Source: a virus
Taxonomy: Duplodnaviria; Caudoviricetes
IMG/VR virus record: IMGVR_UViG_3300048863_000005
Location: 1-56,214 of that record
Strand: one strand, 5' to 3'
DNA length: 56,214 nt
The position numbers and the translations under genes were made by a program. Below, in pieces: positions 1 to 9,708 of this stretch. Below the pieces are notes generated by a model. That model saw only the letters and a list, made by a program, of their open reading frames with translations. It was not told the DNA's origin and ran no database searches. How positions within the stretch are numbered: position 1 is the first letter of the stretch; the number at the start of each line of letters is the position of its first letter.

Positions 1-64
1 CGACTAGCGGCGACGGATGGGCAGTAAAAAGCCCCGCATTGGGCGAGGCTTATATCAGGCACAA

Positions 65-166
65 ACGCATTGCCTTGGCGAGTTCTTGAGCGCGGCCTTT
101 CACTTGGCGGGGCCCACTTGCTGTTAAGCATCTCAGCAGCAGCTAGGTCGAACTGCTGATTGCCGA
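65..166 (-). pseudogene. Endolysin 3' fragment
   Basis: Near-identical DNA to the 3' end of the intact endolysin (~37863-37965); 5' part missing. Confidence 0.8.
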
Positions 167-402
167 TAGCTTGGAAGAAGGCGAAGATGCGCGCGGCCTC
201 GCTTGTATCGAAAGGCAATCATCATGCAGAGCCCGTGCATACCGTGGCTTGAGCAAGTGCTGAATAGCGAATCAGCTCTGTCAGATAGCCATAGATCGCC
301 ATCGCGCCTGTCATGGCAGCGATAATTGTCTCGGTGGTAGTAAAAGGCCGAGATGCTGGCAAACAGGATCGTTAGAAGGATCGGTACAGAGGTCGAGGTC
401 AT
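167..402 (-). pseudogene. Holin-like membrane protein, probably frameshifted
   Basis: Hydrophobic N-terminus MTSTSVPILLTILFASISAFYY; lies between holin and endolysin remnants. Confidence 0.5.
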
Positions 403-785
403 GGCTGCATGTCTCGCTTACCAAGGAAGCGATGGAGAATAAACAGGAGCCACTTGGGTGCCCTTTCAGTCTGTATGGCTTCCAAGACTGAAATGCAGAC
501 AACTACACAAATAAGGCCTGCGATGAACGCTGCGAATCCGCTTGTTTGCGCCCATTTCTGAGCGAGCAGTTCAACAGCTCCGAAGTAGCCGCCTATCCAC
601 CCCATAAAGAGGTAGCCCAGGCGCTGCAGCACCTTAAAATCCTTGGCGAAAAGGATAAATGCGAATGCTCCCCCGAAGGCGCCTACTACGGCGGCTAAGT
701 CCACTCAGGGGAATATGCTGGCAAGACTAAGACCGAAAAATCCCGCAGTCAGTGGTGTACCTAAGCTGGTCGTGGGTTCGGCCAT
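399..785 (-). pseudogene. Holin with in-frame stop
   Basis: MAEPTTSLG... from 785 is in frame with DLAAVVGAFGGA... but interrupted by TGA at 705-707; several TM segments. Confidence 0.7.
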
Positions 786-944
786 GTTTGCTCCGGTTGT
801 AAAATCCCGCTGTAAAGGAGATCAGTGGGTGCCAAGGCGCTTGGTTAAGGGTGACAGGTGGCCGGTGGGCCGGTGCTGATCTCCAGCTATGGGCAGTGCC
901 CGTATTTAAGGATGACCGCAGCCCATCGACTTATGCCTATGCAT

Positions 945-1170
945 TCACCTGTCAATTCTGTCCGGCATGGTGCTGTTGTCCATAGGGGAGCACGCATGCA
1001 TGCATGCATAGGGACGAATTAGGGCCTTATTTCTCCTGATGTCTCTCGTAGCGGATTCCCGCTCCAAATCAACGCCAAAGGCTAATGCCATGGACAGAAC
1101 GATGATCAGCAATGTGCTGAGACTCATCTTTTCTCCAGGCAATAAAAAACCCGACACAGTGGCCGGGTTC
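945..1170. repeat. Late-leader segment homologous to ~38993-39203
   Basis: Alignable DNA, including small hydrophobic ORF MSLSTLLI (frameshifted here) and terminator. Confidence 0.85.
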
Positions 1171-1185
1171 TATGGAATACAAAAA

Positions 1186-1389
1186 TCAGTCAAGCAGGTT
1201 GTAGACGATTATGGCCAAACATGAAAAGGCTAATATGCCAGTACCTAATGCTATTGGCATAAACATCATGCCTAACGATAGATACTCAAATAGCCAACCC
1301 ACGATACCAATAGAGAGTAAAAGAACAGCCGCACTTACTGCTAATGTTGCTCCTTGCCTTAAAAAGAACCTGCTCCCTGAACTGACCAT
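1186..1389 (-). CDS. Small two-TM membrane protein (moron)
   Basis: ORF with two hydrophobic segments; AT-rich. Confidence 0.45.
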   Translation of the reverse strand: MVSSGSRFFLRQGATLAVSAAVLLLSIGIVGWLFEYLSLGMMFMPIALGTGILAFSCLAIIVYNLLD

Positions 1390-1779
1390 GTTGATACCTT
1401 CGCAGGAACAGCAATTGCTGCTGCGCACAGATATCACACCGTGATGCAATTCACATTAAATACTGCGCATTTGCTTAACCGCTGATCTAATAAGCCAAGC
1501 CCTGCTTTGAGCAGGACCTGACCGGACCAAGTATTAAGCGTCAGATAGTTCGCCTGCCCCATCTGGCGCTTGGTCAATATCATCTGGTACCACTTCAACA
1601 TCGATGGCGCCTACTTCATCACCTGGACCTAACGGATCAGAGCCTTGCATTTGCCATGCGCTGTTAGCTTGATAAGTGTTCATATACACCTCGATTGAGA
1701 CTCTAAATGGCCTCAATCGTAGGACAACGTTAATGAGCTACCATTTGGGTCAGGAAATCCCTTGATCCAAAACAGCTAG

Positions 1780-1925
1780 ACCGCAAAGAAAAGTACTTGA
1801 TACGAAGCTCATGACTGTCGATAGGCTTTTGGACTTTGAGCATCCGTCTCGCATGGAGACTGTCGAGGAAGCCTTGGCGGCTCTCGGCAAGCGCGTAGTC
1901 GTGACGTTTGTAGATTCGACTGATA
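1780..1925 (+). pseudogene. HicB-like antitoxin C-terminal fragment
   Basis: Translates to VDRLLDFEHPSRMETVEEALAALGKRVVV, resembling HicB C-terminal HTH; no intact start. Confidence 0.45.
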
Positions 1926-2248
1926 CAAAAAGGCCGGACATAGTGCCAGGCTTAAATGGTATTACGGCAGCAACAACCCCTTAAGCCCCATAAATGCTAA
2001 GCGAATCAGGAGAAACTGCTTGAATTAACTATATCGACGGGGATAGCGAAAGCTCCAGGCAATAAAAAACCCGGCGCAGTGGCCGGGTTTAGCAACTAGT
2101 CATATTCGCGAGCATAGCGATGACATTACGGGATTTATAATGACCATATCGCCATGAAAGGTCAAGTATATTGACCAAACAAGTTTGGCTCATGAAATCA
2201 TTTGTGCAGGCAGTAGATAAAAATGCTGTCCGTCTATCACCAAAGAGT

Positions 2249-2275
2249 TTAAGCCAAATATAGAAACGCCGATAA
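2249..2275 (+). promoter_or_regulatory. sigma28 (FliA) promoter of MCP gene
   Basis: TTAAG-N14-GCCGATAA upstream of a chemoreceptor. Confidence 0.75.
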
Positions 2276-2349
2276 CAATCAAAGGCAGCTTACGTTTTCT
2301 CCGCTGCAATCATCATGCAATGGCTACTATCTACCTTTGAGAAATAATC

Positions 2350-3990
2350 ATGTCCTGGCTATCCAATCTTAAGCTTGCTCCTAAGCTATTTGCTGCTTTT
2401 GGGCTATGCACTTTGATTACCCTCATTATAGGCATTCTAGGTAAGTCTGCTGTCAATGAGCTGAATGATAGCTTAACTGGAATCACCGGTAACAATCTGG
2501 TCTCTATCGCTCAAACTGATAGCGTAAAAGCTAACGCCATTGCACATAACCGAGACCTCTATAAGGTATTTGCACTGACTTCATTGCAAGTAGACCCAAC
2601 GGTTATTCAAGCCTTGATTTCTGCCATGGATGAGAACATTGCAGCAATCAACAAAGCATTTTCACTCTATCGGGCGACGCCTTTACAACCAGATGAAAAA
2701 GCGGCTGGTGATAGCTTTGAGAGGGACTGGCCGGCATATGCCAATAGCGCAAGCGCAGCTATCAGCAAGTTGAAGGAAGGAAAGCCAAAAGAGGCTGATA
2801 ACATCCTTAAAAATCAGACTGAGCAGCTGTACAAAGCAACTATGGATGAGATGAAGATCATTATTGAATCGAATGCGCGTCAAGCCAAAGAGGTATCGGC
2901 TGCCGCTGCTCAGATTAATAATCGAGTCAATTGGATGATGACTATTGGAATCATTATAGCGCTTCTTGCAGGCAGCATTCTTGGGTGGCTAGTCACCCGC
3001 ATGATTACCCGCCCAATTTACAAAGCAGTAGAAAGTGCCAGCCATGTTGCAAACGGTGACCTTTCCCGACCGATTAATGCTGTCAGCAGGGATGAGACAG
3101 GAGAGCTTCTGCGCGCTCTGGCAGCAATGCAATCCGGGTTAAAATCGACAGTGCAGGAAATAGCTAGCGCTTCCGACCAGTTAGCATCGGCTGCCGAAGA
3201 ACTCTCTGCTGTAACAGAAGCAAGCTCTCGCGGCCTTATCCAACAGAACGACGAAATTCAACAGGCGGCTACAGCTGTTAACGAGATGACTGCTGCAGTA
3301 GAAGAAGTTGCTACTAACGCCGTAAGTACATCTGAGGTTTCGAAGCAGACTAGTCAGGATGCAGCAGCAGGCAGCCAGCAGGTTCAAAAAGCTGTAAGTG
3401 CAATTACCACTATGGCAAGTGACATGACTGACTCGGCTGCAAAAGTTGAGCAACTTGCAAATCAAGTGCGCGATATTGAGCAGGTTCTAGGAGTCATTCG
3501 TAGCATTGCTGAACAAACCAACTTATTGGCATTGAACGCTGCTATTGAAGCAGCCCGCGCTGGTGAGCAGGGCCGGGGCTTTGCAGTTGTGGCTGATGAA
3601 GTCCGTGCATTGGCAAGTCGTACGCAAAACTCAACGGGTGAAATCGAAAGCATGATTAGCGCCGTACGTTCAGGCGCAGATACCGCTGTACAGGCCATGA
3701 ACAAAACTCGCGCCCTAGCTTATGAAACTAAGGATATAGCCGACGAAGCTGGTATGGCACTAGCTCGCATCACTGAAGGTGTAAGCAAAATCAACGAGCG
3801 CAACCTGGTAATCGCAAGTGCTGCTGAAGAGCAGGCTCAAGTTGCTAGGGAAGTCGATCGTAACCTGGTAAACATTCAGGACCTTTCCAGCCAAACTGCA
3901 ACAGGTGCTCACCAGACAAATGCTTCAAGTCAGGAGCTATCCCGACTAGCAGGCTCGTTCAATGTCTTGGTAGCTAAGTTTAAGCTCTAA
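2350..3990 (+). CDS. Methyl-accepting chemotaxis protein (TM-4HB-TM-HAMP-MA)
   Basis: IAEQTNLLALNAAIEAARAGEQGRGFAVVADEVR signature, HAMP, two TMs. Confidence 0.97.
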   Translation: MSWLSNLKLAPKLFAAFGLCTLITLIIGILGKSAVNELNDSLTGITGNNLVSIAQTDSVKANAIAHNRDLYKVFALTSLQVDPTVIQALISAMDENIAAINKAFSLYRATPLQPDEKAAGDSFERDWPAYANSASAAISKLKEGKPKEADNILKNQTEQLYKATMDEMKIIIESNARQAKEVSAAAAQINNRVNWMMTIGIIIALLAGSILGWLVTRMITRPIYKAVESASHVANGDLSRPINAVSRDETGELLRALAAMQSGLKSTVQEIASASDQLASAAEELSAVTEASSRGLIQQNDEIQQAATAVNEMTAAVEEVATNAVSTSEVSKQTSQDAAAGSQQVQKAVSAITTMASDMTDSAAKVEQLANQVRDIEQVLGVIRSIAEQTNLLALNAAIEAARAGEQGRGFAVVADEVRALASRTQNSTGEIESMISAVRSGADTAVQAMNKTRALAYETKDIADEAGMALARITEGVSKINERNLVIASAAEEQAQVAREVDRNLVNIQDLSSQTATGAHQTNASSQELSRLAGSFNVLVAKFKL

Positions 3991-3998
3991 AAAACAAT

Positions 3999-4036
3999 CA
4001 GTCTCTAGCCTTCGGCACGTGAAAGGCTAGAGACTG
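3999..4036. terminator. Hairpin between convergent genes
   Basis: CAGTCTCTAGCCTT...AAGGCTAGAGACTG inverted repeat. Confidence 0.7.
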
Positions 4037-4061
4037 GGCTAACTTTAACATCCGCCATACA

Positions 4062-4688
4062 TCAAGCGGCTTGACCAAATAAATCCTCTCTTTCGAATAT
4101 CTCGGTTACGTGAGTCAACGCAGCCTCTTCTATCGCGCCCAAGCTGTTACAGATTCCGTTCCTCCAACGGCGACGGGTTGACTCTGGCCTAGCTTCAGAA
4201 TCCCAAGTGTTCATATCGTAAAACTCAGCAGGCAGCACGATCATGTCCGTTGACCGCCTGACGTACTGCGCCTAGTTGGTCCGCTTGAGCTTTTGAGTCT
4301 TCGCGTCCCCAGTGACAAGTTGGACCTGAATCCCTTTTAGCTTTGGGATAAACCATGCAGTCACAGCCTTGTAGACGAACAGCCTAGGCGTGGACGAATT
4401 GATACGGTGTACGGTTCGGCCTATGGCAACAACCTTGTTTACCTTATGGGTTGAGTACTTGGCAACCAGCAGGTCCCAAGGAGTCGGTGTTAACTCACGG
4501 TGCAGCAGCGCATACAGACAGCAGTCGAAGTCAAACTTCTCCCGACCTGACAGGATCGACTTGAAACCGCTTGTACTCAGCTCGGCATCAATCAGCTTCT
4601 GCCAGTTCTGCTTGGTTGTGTTGTCGATGTTGTCGGCAGCTAGCACCCGTACCAGCGTGCCCATTACGTCGCGATAGATAGCCATCAT
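4062..4688 (-). pseudogene. Late antiterminator (Q-like) split by a nonsense codon
   Basis: ORFs 4272-4688 and 4062-4244 are in one frame separated by TAG; located between replication and lysis genes. Confidence 0.6.
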
Positions 4689-6110
4689 GCAACCTCTTGC
4701 TCTCTTGAGCCTTCGTACTGGGCCAGACCTCTAGGCTTATGGCTCGGATTACCAAGGTACTGACACGTGCCAGGATCGAACCAGAGTGCAATTGATTCTT
4801 CCACACCACTGAAACGCTGCTTTGAGATAATCATGCGTACATCTCCCTCGTCTTGATACTCGCCCATTCCACGCTTTGTAGCCTCCTCCTTGCGCTTGTT
4901 TCTCAAGACCGTAAGGATCGCTCCACCACGGATATCCATCTTCCTGGATGCCTTGTGCTTGTCCTCAGCCTTACGTGGGTGAGCCGCCAGATGCACGTGA
5001 ACGCCCATCGCATGCACAAACGCCGTCAATGCTTCCATGGCAACCTTTTGCCCGTTGTAGTCATCCCCAGCTTGGCCAGGCTGTCCACTACAAAATAAGT
5101 CACGCCATAACGTCGATTGGCATAGCGGAAGGCTTCAAACATCTCATCAATTTTGGCGTTTCCAAGTTGGTCATAGATCCAGAGTTTGCCGCTAGTTCAA
5201 TCCATTACATGGCGCAAAAAACCACGAGTGGATAGCTCACACCAGCAGCCTGGCGGACCATGCGCTGAAGCGTCCTGACGGCAGGCATCTCCATTGAGGC
5301 AATACAAAATCGGTGCCCCTTGGCCATGCCATGTAGAGCCAGATAACCCAATAGCTGAGACTTCCCGTGGCCGCTAAAGCCAGTCCAGACGGTTAACTCC
5401 GAAGACCGAAAGCGAATGTGGTCCCGGGACTTCTCCCAAGGCAACTCCATTCCAACCTGATTCGCTTCCCGATCAAAAAACGCCGACTCAACATCAGCCA
5501 AATACCCGGCTGCGTCACGTAGCTTGTCTGGATCAAGCGTCTTTGCCTTCGCATAGCACTCGGCAATGTCTTCGGATGAAAGCATCAACGCATCGAGGCA
5601 CATGTTGAAGTCTTTGCCTGGTAACTCGACGATACGGCAGCGCTCTCGTCCTAGTCGCTTAATAATCTCTTCGGTAGCCTTCTGGCCCTCTTCATCCTGA
5701 TCTAGGGCCAGCCAGATCACATCAGAGCGCTGGAGGTTTTCATACTCATACTCAATCCATCCTTGCTTGGCCCCTACTACACCACCGCCCATTGGTACAG
5801 ATAGCGCAGGCCGGCCGTACTGGTGAGCCGTCAGGGCATTGATCTCACCTTCGGTAATGGTGACTTCACGTACATGCGGATCCATTACCTGTCAGCCAAA
5901 CAGGCAAAGCTCTGAACCAGCTGCAACAGTAATTTTCTTCTTGCCGTTTGGATGATCAATGCTCAGCGTTTTCCAATGGATCAAGGCGCCGTTTCGCAGG
6001 AATGGAAAGACTATGTCTTTACCCCCTTCACCGATCTTAAATGCCTGGATCGTTGCCTCGCTAAGGCCCAAGCGGCATACAATTGAAGGGCTCAAGGCTA
6101 TTAGAGCCAA
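4685..6110 (-). pseudogene. T7 gp4/Twinkle-like primase-helicase, fragmented
   Basis: TOPRIM (ITEGEINAL, LALDQDEEG), Walker A GFSGHGKS, SMEMP and HLAAHPRK motifs across three broken ORFs. Confidence 0.85.
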
Positions 6111-6650
6111 ATCGCCTATGTGGTTGAAGAATGCAATCGACCTGGCGTTGATAACCGCTCAACGCCGAGGAGACATCCTAAATATAAGATTTGAGGATAT
6201 CAAAGACGGATATCTTTACGTTATTCAGAGCAAGACTGAAAAAGCGAGTGATGCCAGATGGATTCGATTCACGATGACACCACAACCGAATGAGTTGATA
6301 ATCCGATGCCGTTCAGATGGGGTGCTATCGCCCTACCTAATCCATAGAAGACGAGAGAGAAGAAGCCTGAAGGGAAGATCATTGAACGAAGGTCGATAAG
6401 CAGTTCCTGACCAGAGATTTAAGGATGCTCGAGATGCGGCAGGATGCTATGCAGAATGGTCCGAGGCAGAGATGCTTGGGTTCATGAGAGACAAGCAACA
6501 TCGCTAACGATGTACAAACGCGAAGGGAAAGATAGCTGGTCACGCCAGCGAGACGATGACTCAAAATTACCGGCGTGGGCATGAAGAAATTATTTGGTCA
6601 GAAGTAGAAGCAGAGCTAGATGTCGGAGCAATTTCATGCGAAAGCGCCTA
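6075..6650 (+). pseudogene. Tyrosine integrase C-terminal remnant
   Basis: LALITAQRRGDI...YLYVIQSKT catalytic-domain motifs; frameshifted, N-terminus lost. Confidence 0.75.
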
Positions 6651-6684
6651 AATTCATTGCAATGTTTTGCGCAGGCCCTGAAAC

Positions 6685-6719
6685 AAAAAAGGGTCAACAA
6701 CTGTAAGCCGTTGACCCTT
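6685..6719 (-). terminator. Terminator downstream of the tRNA 3' end
   Basis: AAGGGTCAAC...GTTGACCCTT stem with U-tract on minus strand. Confidence 0.65.
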
Positions 6720-6729
6720 CTAAGTTATT

Positions 6730-6777
6730 TGGTCGGGACGGAGTGATTCGAACACTCGACCCCTTGCACCCCATGCA
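6730..6777 (-). other. att core: 3' half of tRNA-Pro(GGG)
   Basis: Minus strand TGCATGGGGTGCAAGGGGTCGAGTGTTCGAATCACTCCGTCCCGACCA gives anticodon arm, T arm and CCA; D arm and 5' acceptor strand absent. Confidence 0.9.
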
Positions 6778-6857
6778 CGCAGGGGCTCATCAAACCTAGC
6801 CAAACCGCAGTATCTACGGGCGCTCGCTGCAACCTGATGCCTATAGATGCCGACAAG

Positions 6858-6887
6858 TGCGTGAGAATGTCACGCAAAAGTCACGCA
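6858..6887. promoter_or_regulatory. Putative integrase arm-type sites
   Basis: GTCACGCA at 6869 and 6880 plus inverted TGCGTGAG at 6858, ~90 bp from att core. Confidence 0.45.
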
Positions 6888-6910
6888 CGGTTTGAAACCT
6901 GCCCAGCACC

Positions 6911-7450
6911 TTAATCTCGATGATAGTTATAGCTTCTACTGGCACAGCCGTTATTGTCGTAGCTAATGTAAGTCGCGTCTTTATGGTTATGGCTGGCATA
7001 GTAATCACCACCGCCACCTTGCGATTTCTGCTCTTTGTTACCCATTGATTGCTCTATGTCTTTGCGGTCCATCCCTGGCACGACTTGGCCTCGCACCTTT
7101 GCAGTACGAAGGTCACGATCATTCAATCCGGTATCACAAGGCGGACGCTCACGTGATGCGCCTACAACCGTCACACTACTTCCCGCTCCAGAAGATGGAG
7201 AGCTTGCTGAGTACTGACTAGACGACTCAGCAAAGGCTCGGCGGCGCTGAACCATAGTAGATGGCGCACTCGATCCACTAATAGTGGGGTTTTCAGCAGA
7301 AACCACATCGTTCAAGGCATGGTTATCAGGGCAATTGCCTTGAGTAAAGGTGATTTTTCCTTTGGCATCCACGCACTTAAATACAGTGGCTGCCTGTGTA
7401 TGCATGGCAGTAAGCAGCGAGAATACAATAACTACTGATGAAAACCGCAT
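6911..7450 (-). CDS. Exported DUF4124-like protein
   Basis: Signal peptide followed by ATVFKCVDAKGKITFTQGNCP. Confidence 0.75.
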   Translation of the reverse strand: MRFSSVVIVFSLLTAMHTQAATVFKCVDAKGKITFTQGNCPDNHALNDVVSAENPTISGSSAPSTMVQRRRAFAESSSQYSASSPSSGAGSSVTVVGASRERPPCDTGLNDRDLRTAKVRGQVVPGMDRKDIEQSMGNKEQKSQGGGGDYYASHNHKDATYISYDNNGCASRSYNYHRD

Positions 7451-7736
7451 TGCTTCTTCCTGAGACTTCTTGAACAGACAGTGAAGACCCATTGTGTCGG
7501 TGCTCAAATGCAATGCTTAAAGCTCAGCAGATATAAGGCTTAATTTGCCTGACGAAGTAAATAGACAATGGGACGAGCTATTCAGCCCTAGGCGTACCCG
7601 ACAAAATATCGCTGAGCGCCCTCTTCACCATGTTCTGATACTGATTAGGCTTAAGGCCTGCAATGTAGTCATCAGCCCAGTCCCGCCACTTCCCCTTTCT
7701 TATAGCCTTCTCGCCTGCTATCCGCGAAAGATGGGC

Positions 7737-7812
7737 AAAAAAATGCCCCTCAGGACAGGGGCAAGCGTCATCTTTAGGATGTTGGATCGGGAGGGGTAAT
7801 CCAACAACGCAA
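7737..7812 (-). ncRNA. Candidate sRNA with C-rich loop hairpin and terminator
   Basis: UGUUGGAUU-ACCCCUCCC-GAUCCAACA hairpin, then GCCCCUG...AGGGGCA-U7 terminator. Confidence 0.45.
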
Positions 7813-7881
7813 CCTTATCAAATATTGGAAAACTTAGGCTGCAATACACTTTTGCAGTAATCGATTCAATAAACAGCAGGC

Positions 7882-7980
7882 AAAAAAAAGCCCCTTTGGC
7901 ATAAGGGGCTAAATTATCAGGTGTGCTACATCACAGTAGCGATGCCAGACAGTAACGGAGGGGGTGTTACTGCCAGCTGA
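7882..7980 (-). ncRNA. Candidate sigma28-dependent sRNA, copy A
   Basis: GGCAGUAAC-ACCCCCUCC-GUUACUGUC hairpin, second hairpin, U8 terminator; homolog at 23279-23377. Confidence 0.65.
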
Positions 7981-7985
7981 ATACT

Positions 7986-8012
7986 TTATCGGCGGGGGCT
8001 GCGTTTACTTTA
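7986..8012 (-). promoter_or_regulatory. sigma28 promoter
   Basis: TAAAGTAA-N11-GCCGATAA. Confidence 0.8.
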
Positions 8013-8017
8013 GGCGT

Positions 8018-8047
8018 AAAAAAGCCCAGTCAGGCGCTGGGCTTTAT
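8018..8047. terminator. Terminator after yafO-like gene
   Basis: AAAGCCCAG...CTGGGCTTT stem with A/T tracts. Confidence 0.7.
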
Positions 8048-8058
8048 AAATAACATGT

Positions 8059-8520
8059 CTAGCGTAACAGCAAGAGGTTACCATCAGGATCAGCACTATA
8101 ATCTGCCTTTTCCTCTACATACTGCGCAGCTAAATCCTTCATTACATTCTTATCATCCATTTTGGCATGACCTTCAGGATCTAAGATAGCAACAAGAATA
8201 TAGGGACTATAACGGATGTCCCATGCGTGTCCGTATACAAGAATTTTGTTTGACGTGTAGTTATTCTGAGTAAATCCGAGCTTTTCGTAGTTCTCAGTTA
8301 GATAGTCCCAAGTATCAAGCACAGCATCCTCTTCCAGATGCACATGCCATAGCTCTTGTTCGACTACCTCTGCAGGCCAAGAAAAAGGTTTATCTCTTCC
8401 AAACAACCCACCAAAACTTACAAGTCCAGACTTATATTGCTGAAATTCTTGGGCAAGCTCAAGTCCAGCTTGCCATCCTAAGTCATTGAAAAGATTACGA
8501 CTTAAAAGAACAGAAACCAT
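8059..8520 (-). CDS. yafO: YafO-family toxin (mRNA interferase)
   Basis: FGRD, LWHVHL, TSNKILVY, AILDPEGH motifs typical of YafO. Confidence 0.75.
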   Translation of the reverse strand: MVSVLLSRNLFNDLGWQAGLELAQEFQQYKSGLVSFGGLFGRDKPFSWPAEVVEQELWHVHLEEDAVLDTWDYLTENYEKLGFTQNNYTSNKILVYGHAWDIRYSPYILVAILDPEGHAKMDDKNVMKDLAAQYVEEKADYSADPDGNLLLLR

Positions 8521-8681
8521 TAATTGCGTTTCTTCTCTGTACGGGCAAGGATTCTTTGTTCAGAATTTTGAGCAGCACGAGCTAAGACCTCATCAGTCAA
8601 ATAAGTAGGTCTTACTCGGTTTTTTCGAGAAACAGGTCCGGCCTCAACTCTGTCTTCAGGCCTAACAGCAATGATAGTCAT
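8520..8681 (-). CDS. 53-aa putative antitoxin (not in ORF track)
   Basis: GGGAGG RBS; MTIIAVRPEDRVEAG...EKKRN; TAATG overlap with yafO start. Confidence 0.6.
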   Translation of the reverse strand: MTIIAVRPEDRVEAGPVSRKNRVRPTYLTDEVLARAAQNSEQRILARTEKKRN

Positions 8682-8874
8682 ACAATCCTCCCTGAGGATT
8701 CATAACTTACGGAACCAGGCCCTGCCCAACTCCTTAAGGCAACAAAGCCACAGCTCAGCCGTGGCTTAAAACAAAAGCAAACTAGGATTCAGCTTACTTA
8801 TTGTTATGTAGATTATTACAGGGCAGCCTTTGGTTCAACCTAAGGTTGAAAATTCCATTCCCTCACCCTTAGCT

Positions 8875-8901
8875 ATATCGGCCAAATCCGATGAACCTTA
8901 G
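8875..8901 (-). promoter_or_regulatory. sigma28-like promoter upstream of the yafO operon
   Basis: CTAAGGTT-N11-GCCGATAT. Confidence 0.55.
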
Positions 8902-9054
8902 CTCTATATCTTATCTATTTGCTGATCGCCACATACGGTGCAGTCATGCTGTACGGAGATGATCTGATGCGATCAATCTTGACAGCGACGGGTGGGCAAA
9001 AAAAGCCCTGCACTCCTACTAGCGTATCTTTATTTGTTTACCGCATTGCGTTAT

Positions 9055-9071
9055 ATAACGCGTCACGTTAT
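9055..9071. promoter_or_regulatory. Putative HigA operator
   Basis: ATAACG-N5-CGTTAT palindrome just upstream of higB. Confidence 0.55.
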
Positions 9072-9097
9072 GCTGCACTCACAAACGGAGCGCAGTA

Positions 9098-9379
9098 ATG
9101 ATCAAGACCTTCAAGGACAAGCAGACCAAAGCAGTAGATGACGGCAAAGTTGCCCGTAAGCTGCCGCAGGACATGCAGAGGGTCGCCCGTCGCAAACTGC
9201 GTCAACTTGGAGCTTCCAAGAAACTAGATGACCTACGGATTCCTCCGGGCAATCATCTTGAAGCCTTGAGCGCCGACCGCATTGGTCAACACAGCATCCG
9301 CATCAACGATCAATGGCGTATCTGCTTCCGCTGGATTGACGGCGATGCCTACGACGTTGAAATAGTCGATTACCACTAG
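9098..9379 (+). CDS. higB: HigB (RelE-like) toxin
   Basis: MIKTFKDK...DLRIPPGNHLEAL...QHSIRINDQWRICFRW...VEIVDYH. Confidence 0.95.
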   Translation: MIKTFKDKQTKAVDDGKVARKLPQDMQRVARRKLRQLGASKKLDDLRIPPGNHLEALSADRIGQHSIRINDQWRICFRWIDGDAYDVEIVDYH

Positions 9380-9390
9380 GGAGGTGAGCC

Positions 9391-9708
9391 ATGACTCACA
9401 CTGATTTAGATGACGTTACCACCGGTGAGCTTCTTCCTAATGTTCATCCAGGCGAGATCCTGGCTGAAGACTTTCTGGAGCCGATGGGCATCACCAAGAA
9501 CAAGCTGGCTACCTCTATTGGCGTACCAGCTTCCCGTATTGGCGAGATAGTCAAAGGCGAGCGTTCTATTAGCGCTGATACTGATATCCGACTGTCACGC
9601 TTCTTTGGCACGAGCGAAGGTTACTGGCTTGCGCTTCAGAACGCTTACGATCTGGAAGAGGCTCGACGTGCAGGGCATTACGATGATATCCCAAGCCATG
9701 CAGCCTAG
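9391..9708 (+). CDS. higA: HigA antitoxin (HTH)
   Basis: HPGEILAEDFLEPMGIT...LSRFFGTSEGYWLALQNAYDL. Confidence 0.95.
   Translation: MTHTDLDDVTTGELLPNVHPGEILAEDFLEPMGITKNKLATSIGVPASRIGEIVKGERSISADTDIRLSRFFGTSEGYWLALQNAYDLEEARRAGHYDDIPSHAA

Larger units (their letters stand above)
1..6700. mobile_element. Degraded prophage remnant (left end outside window)
   Basis: Broken lysis, Q-like, primase-helicase and integrase genes in phage order; integrase remnant ends next to a tRNA-Pro 3' end. Confidence 0.85.

Noticed and set aside
6730-6800. Complete tRNA-Pro gene
   Set aside because: Similarity ends at the anticodon stem; no D arm or 5' acceptor strand, so it is an att duplication
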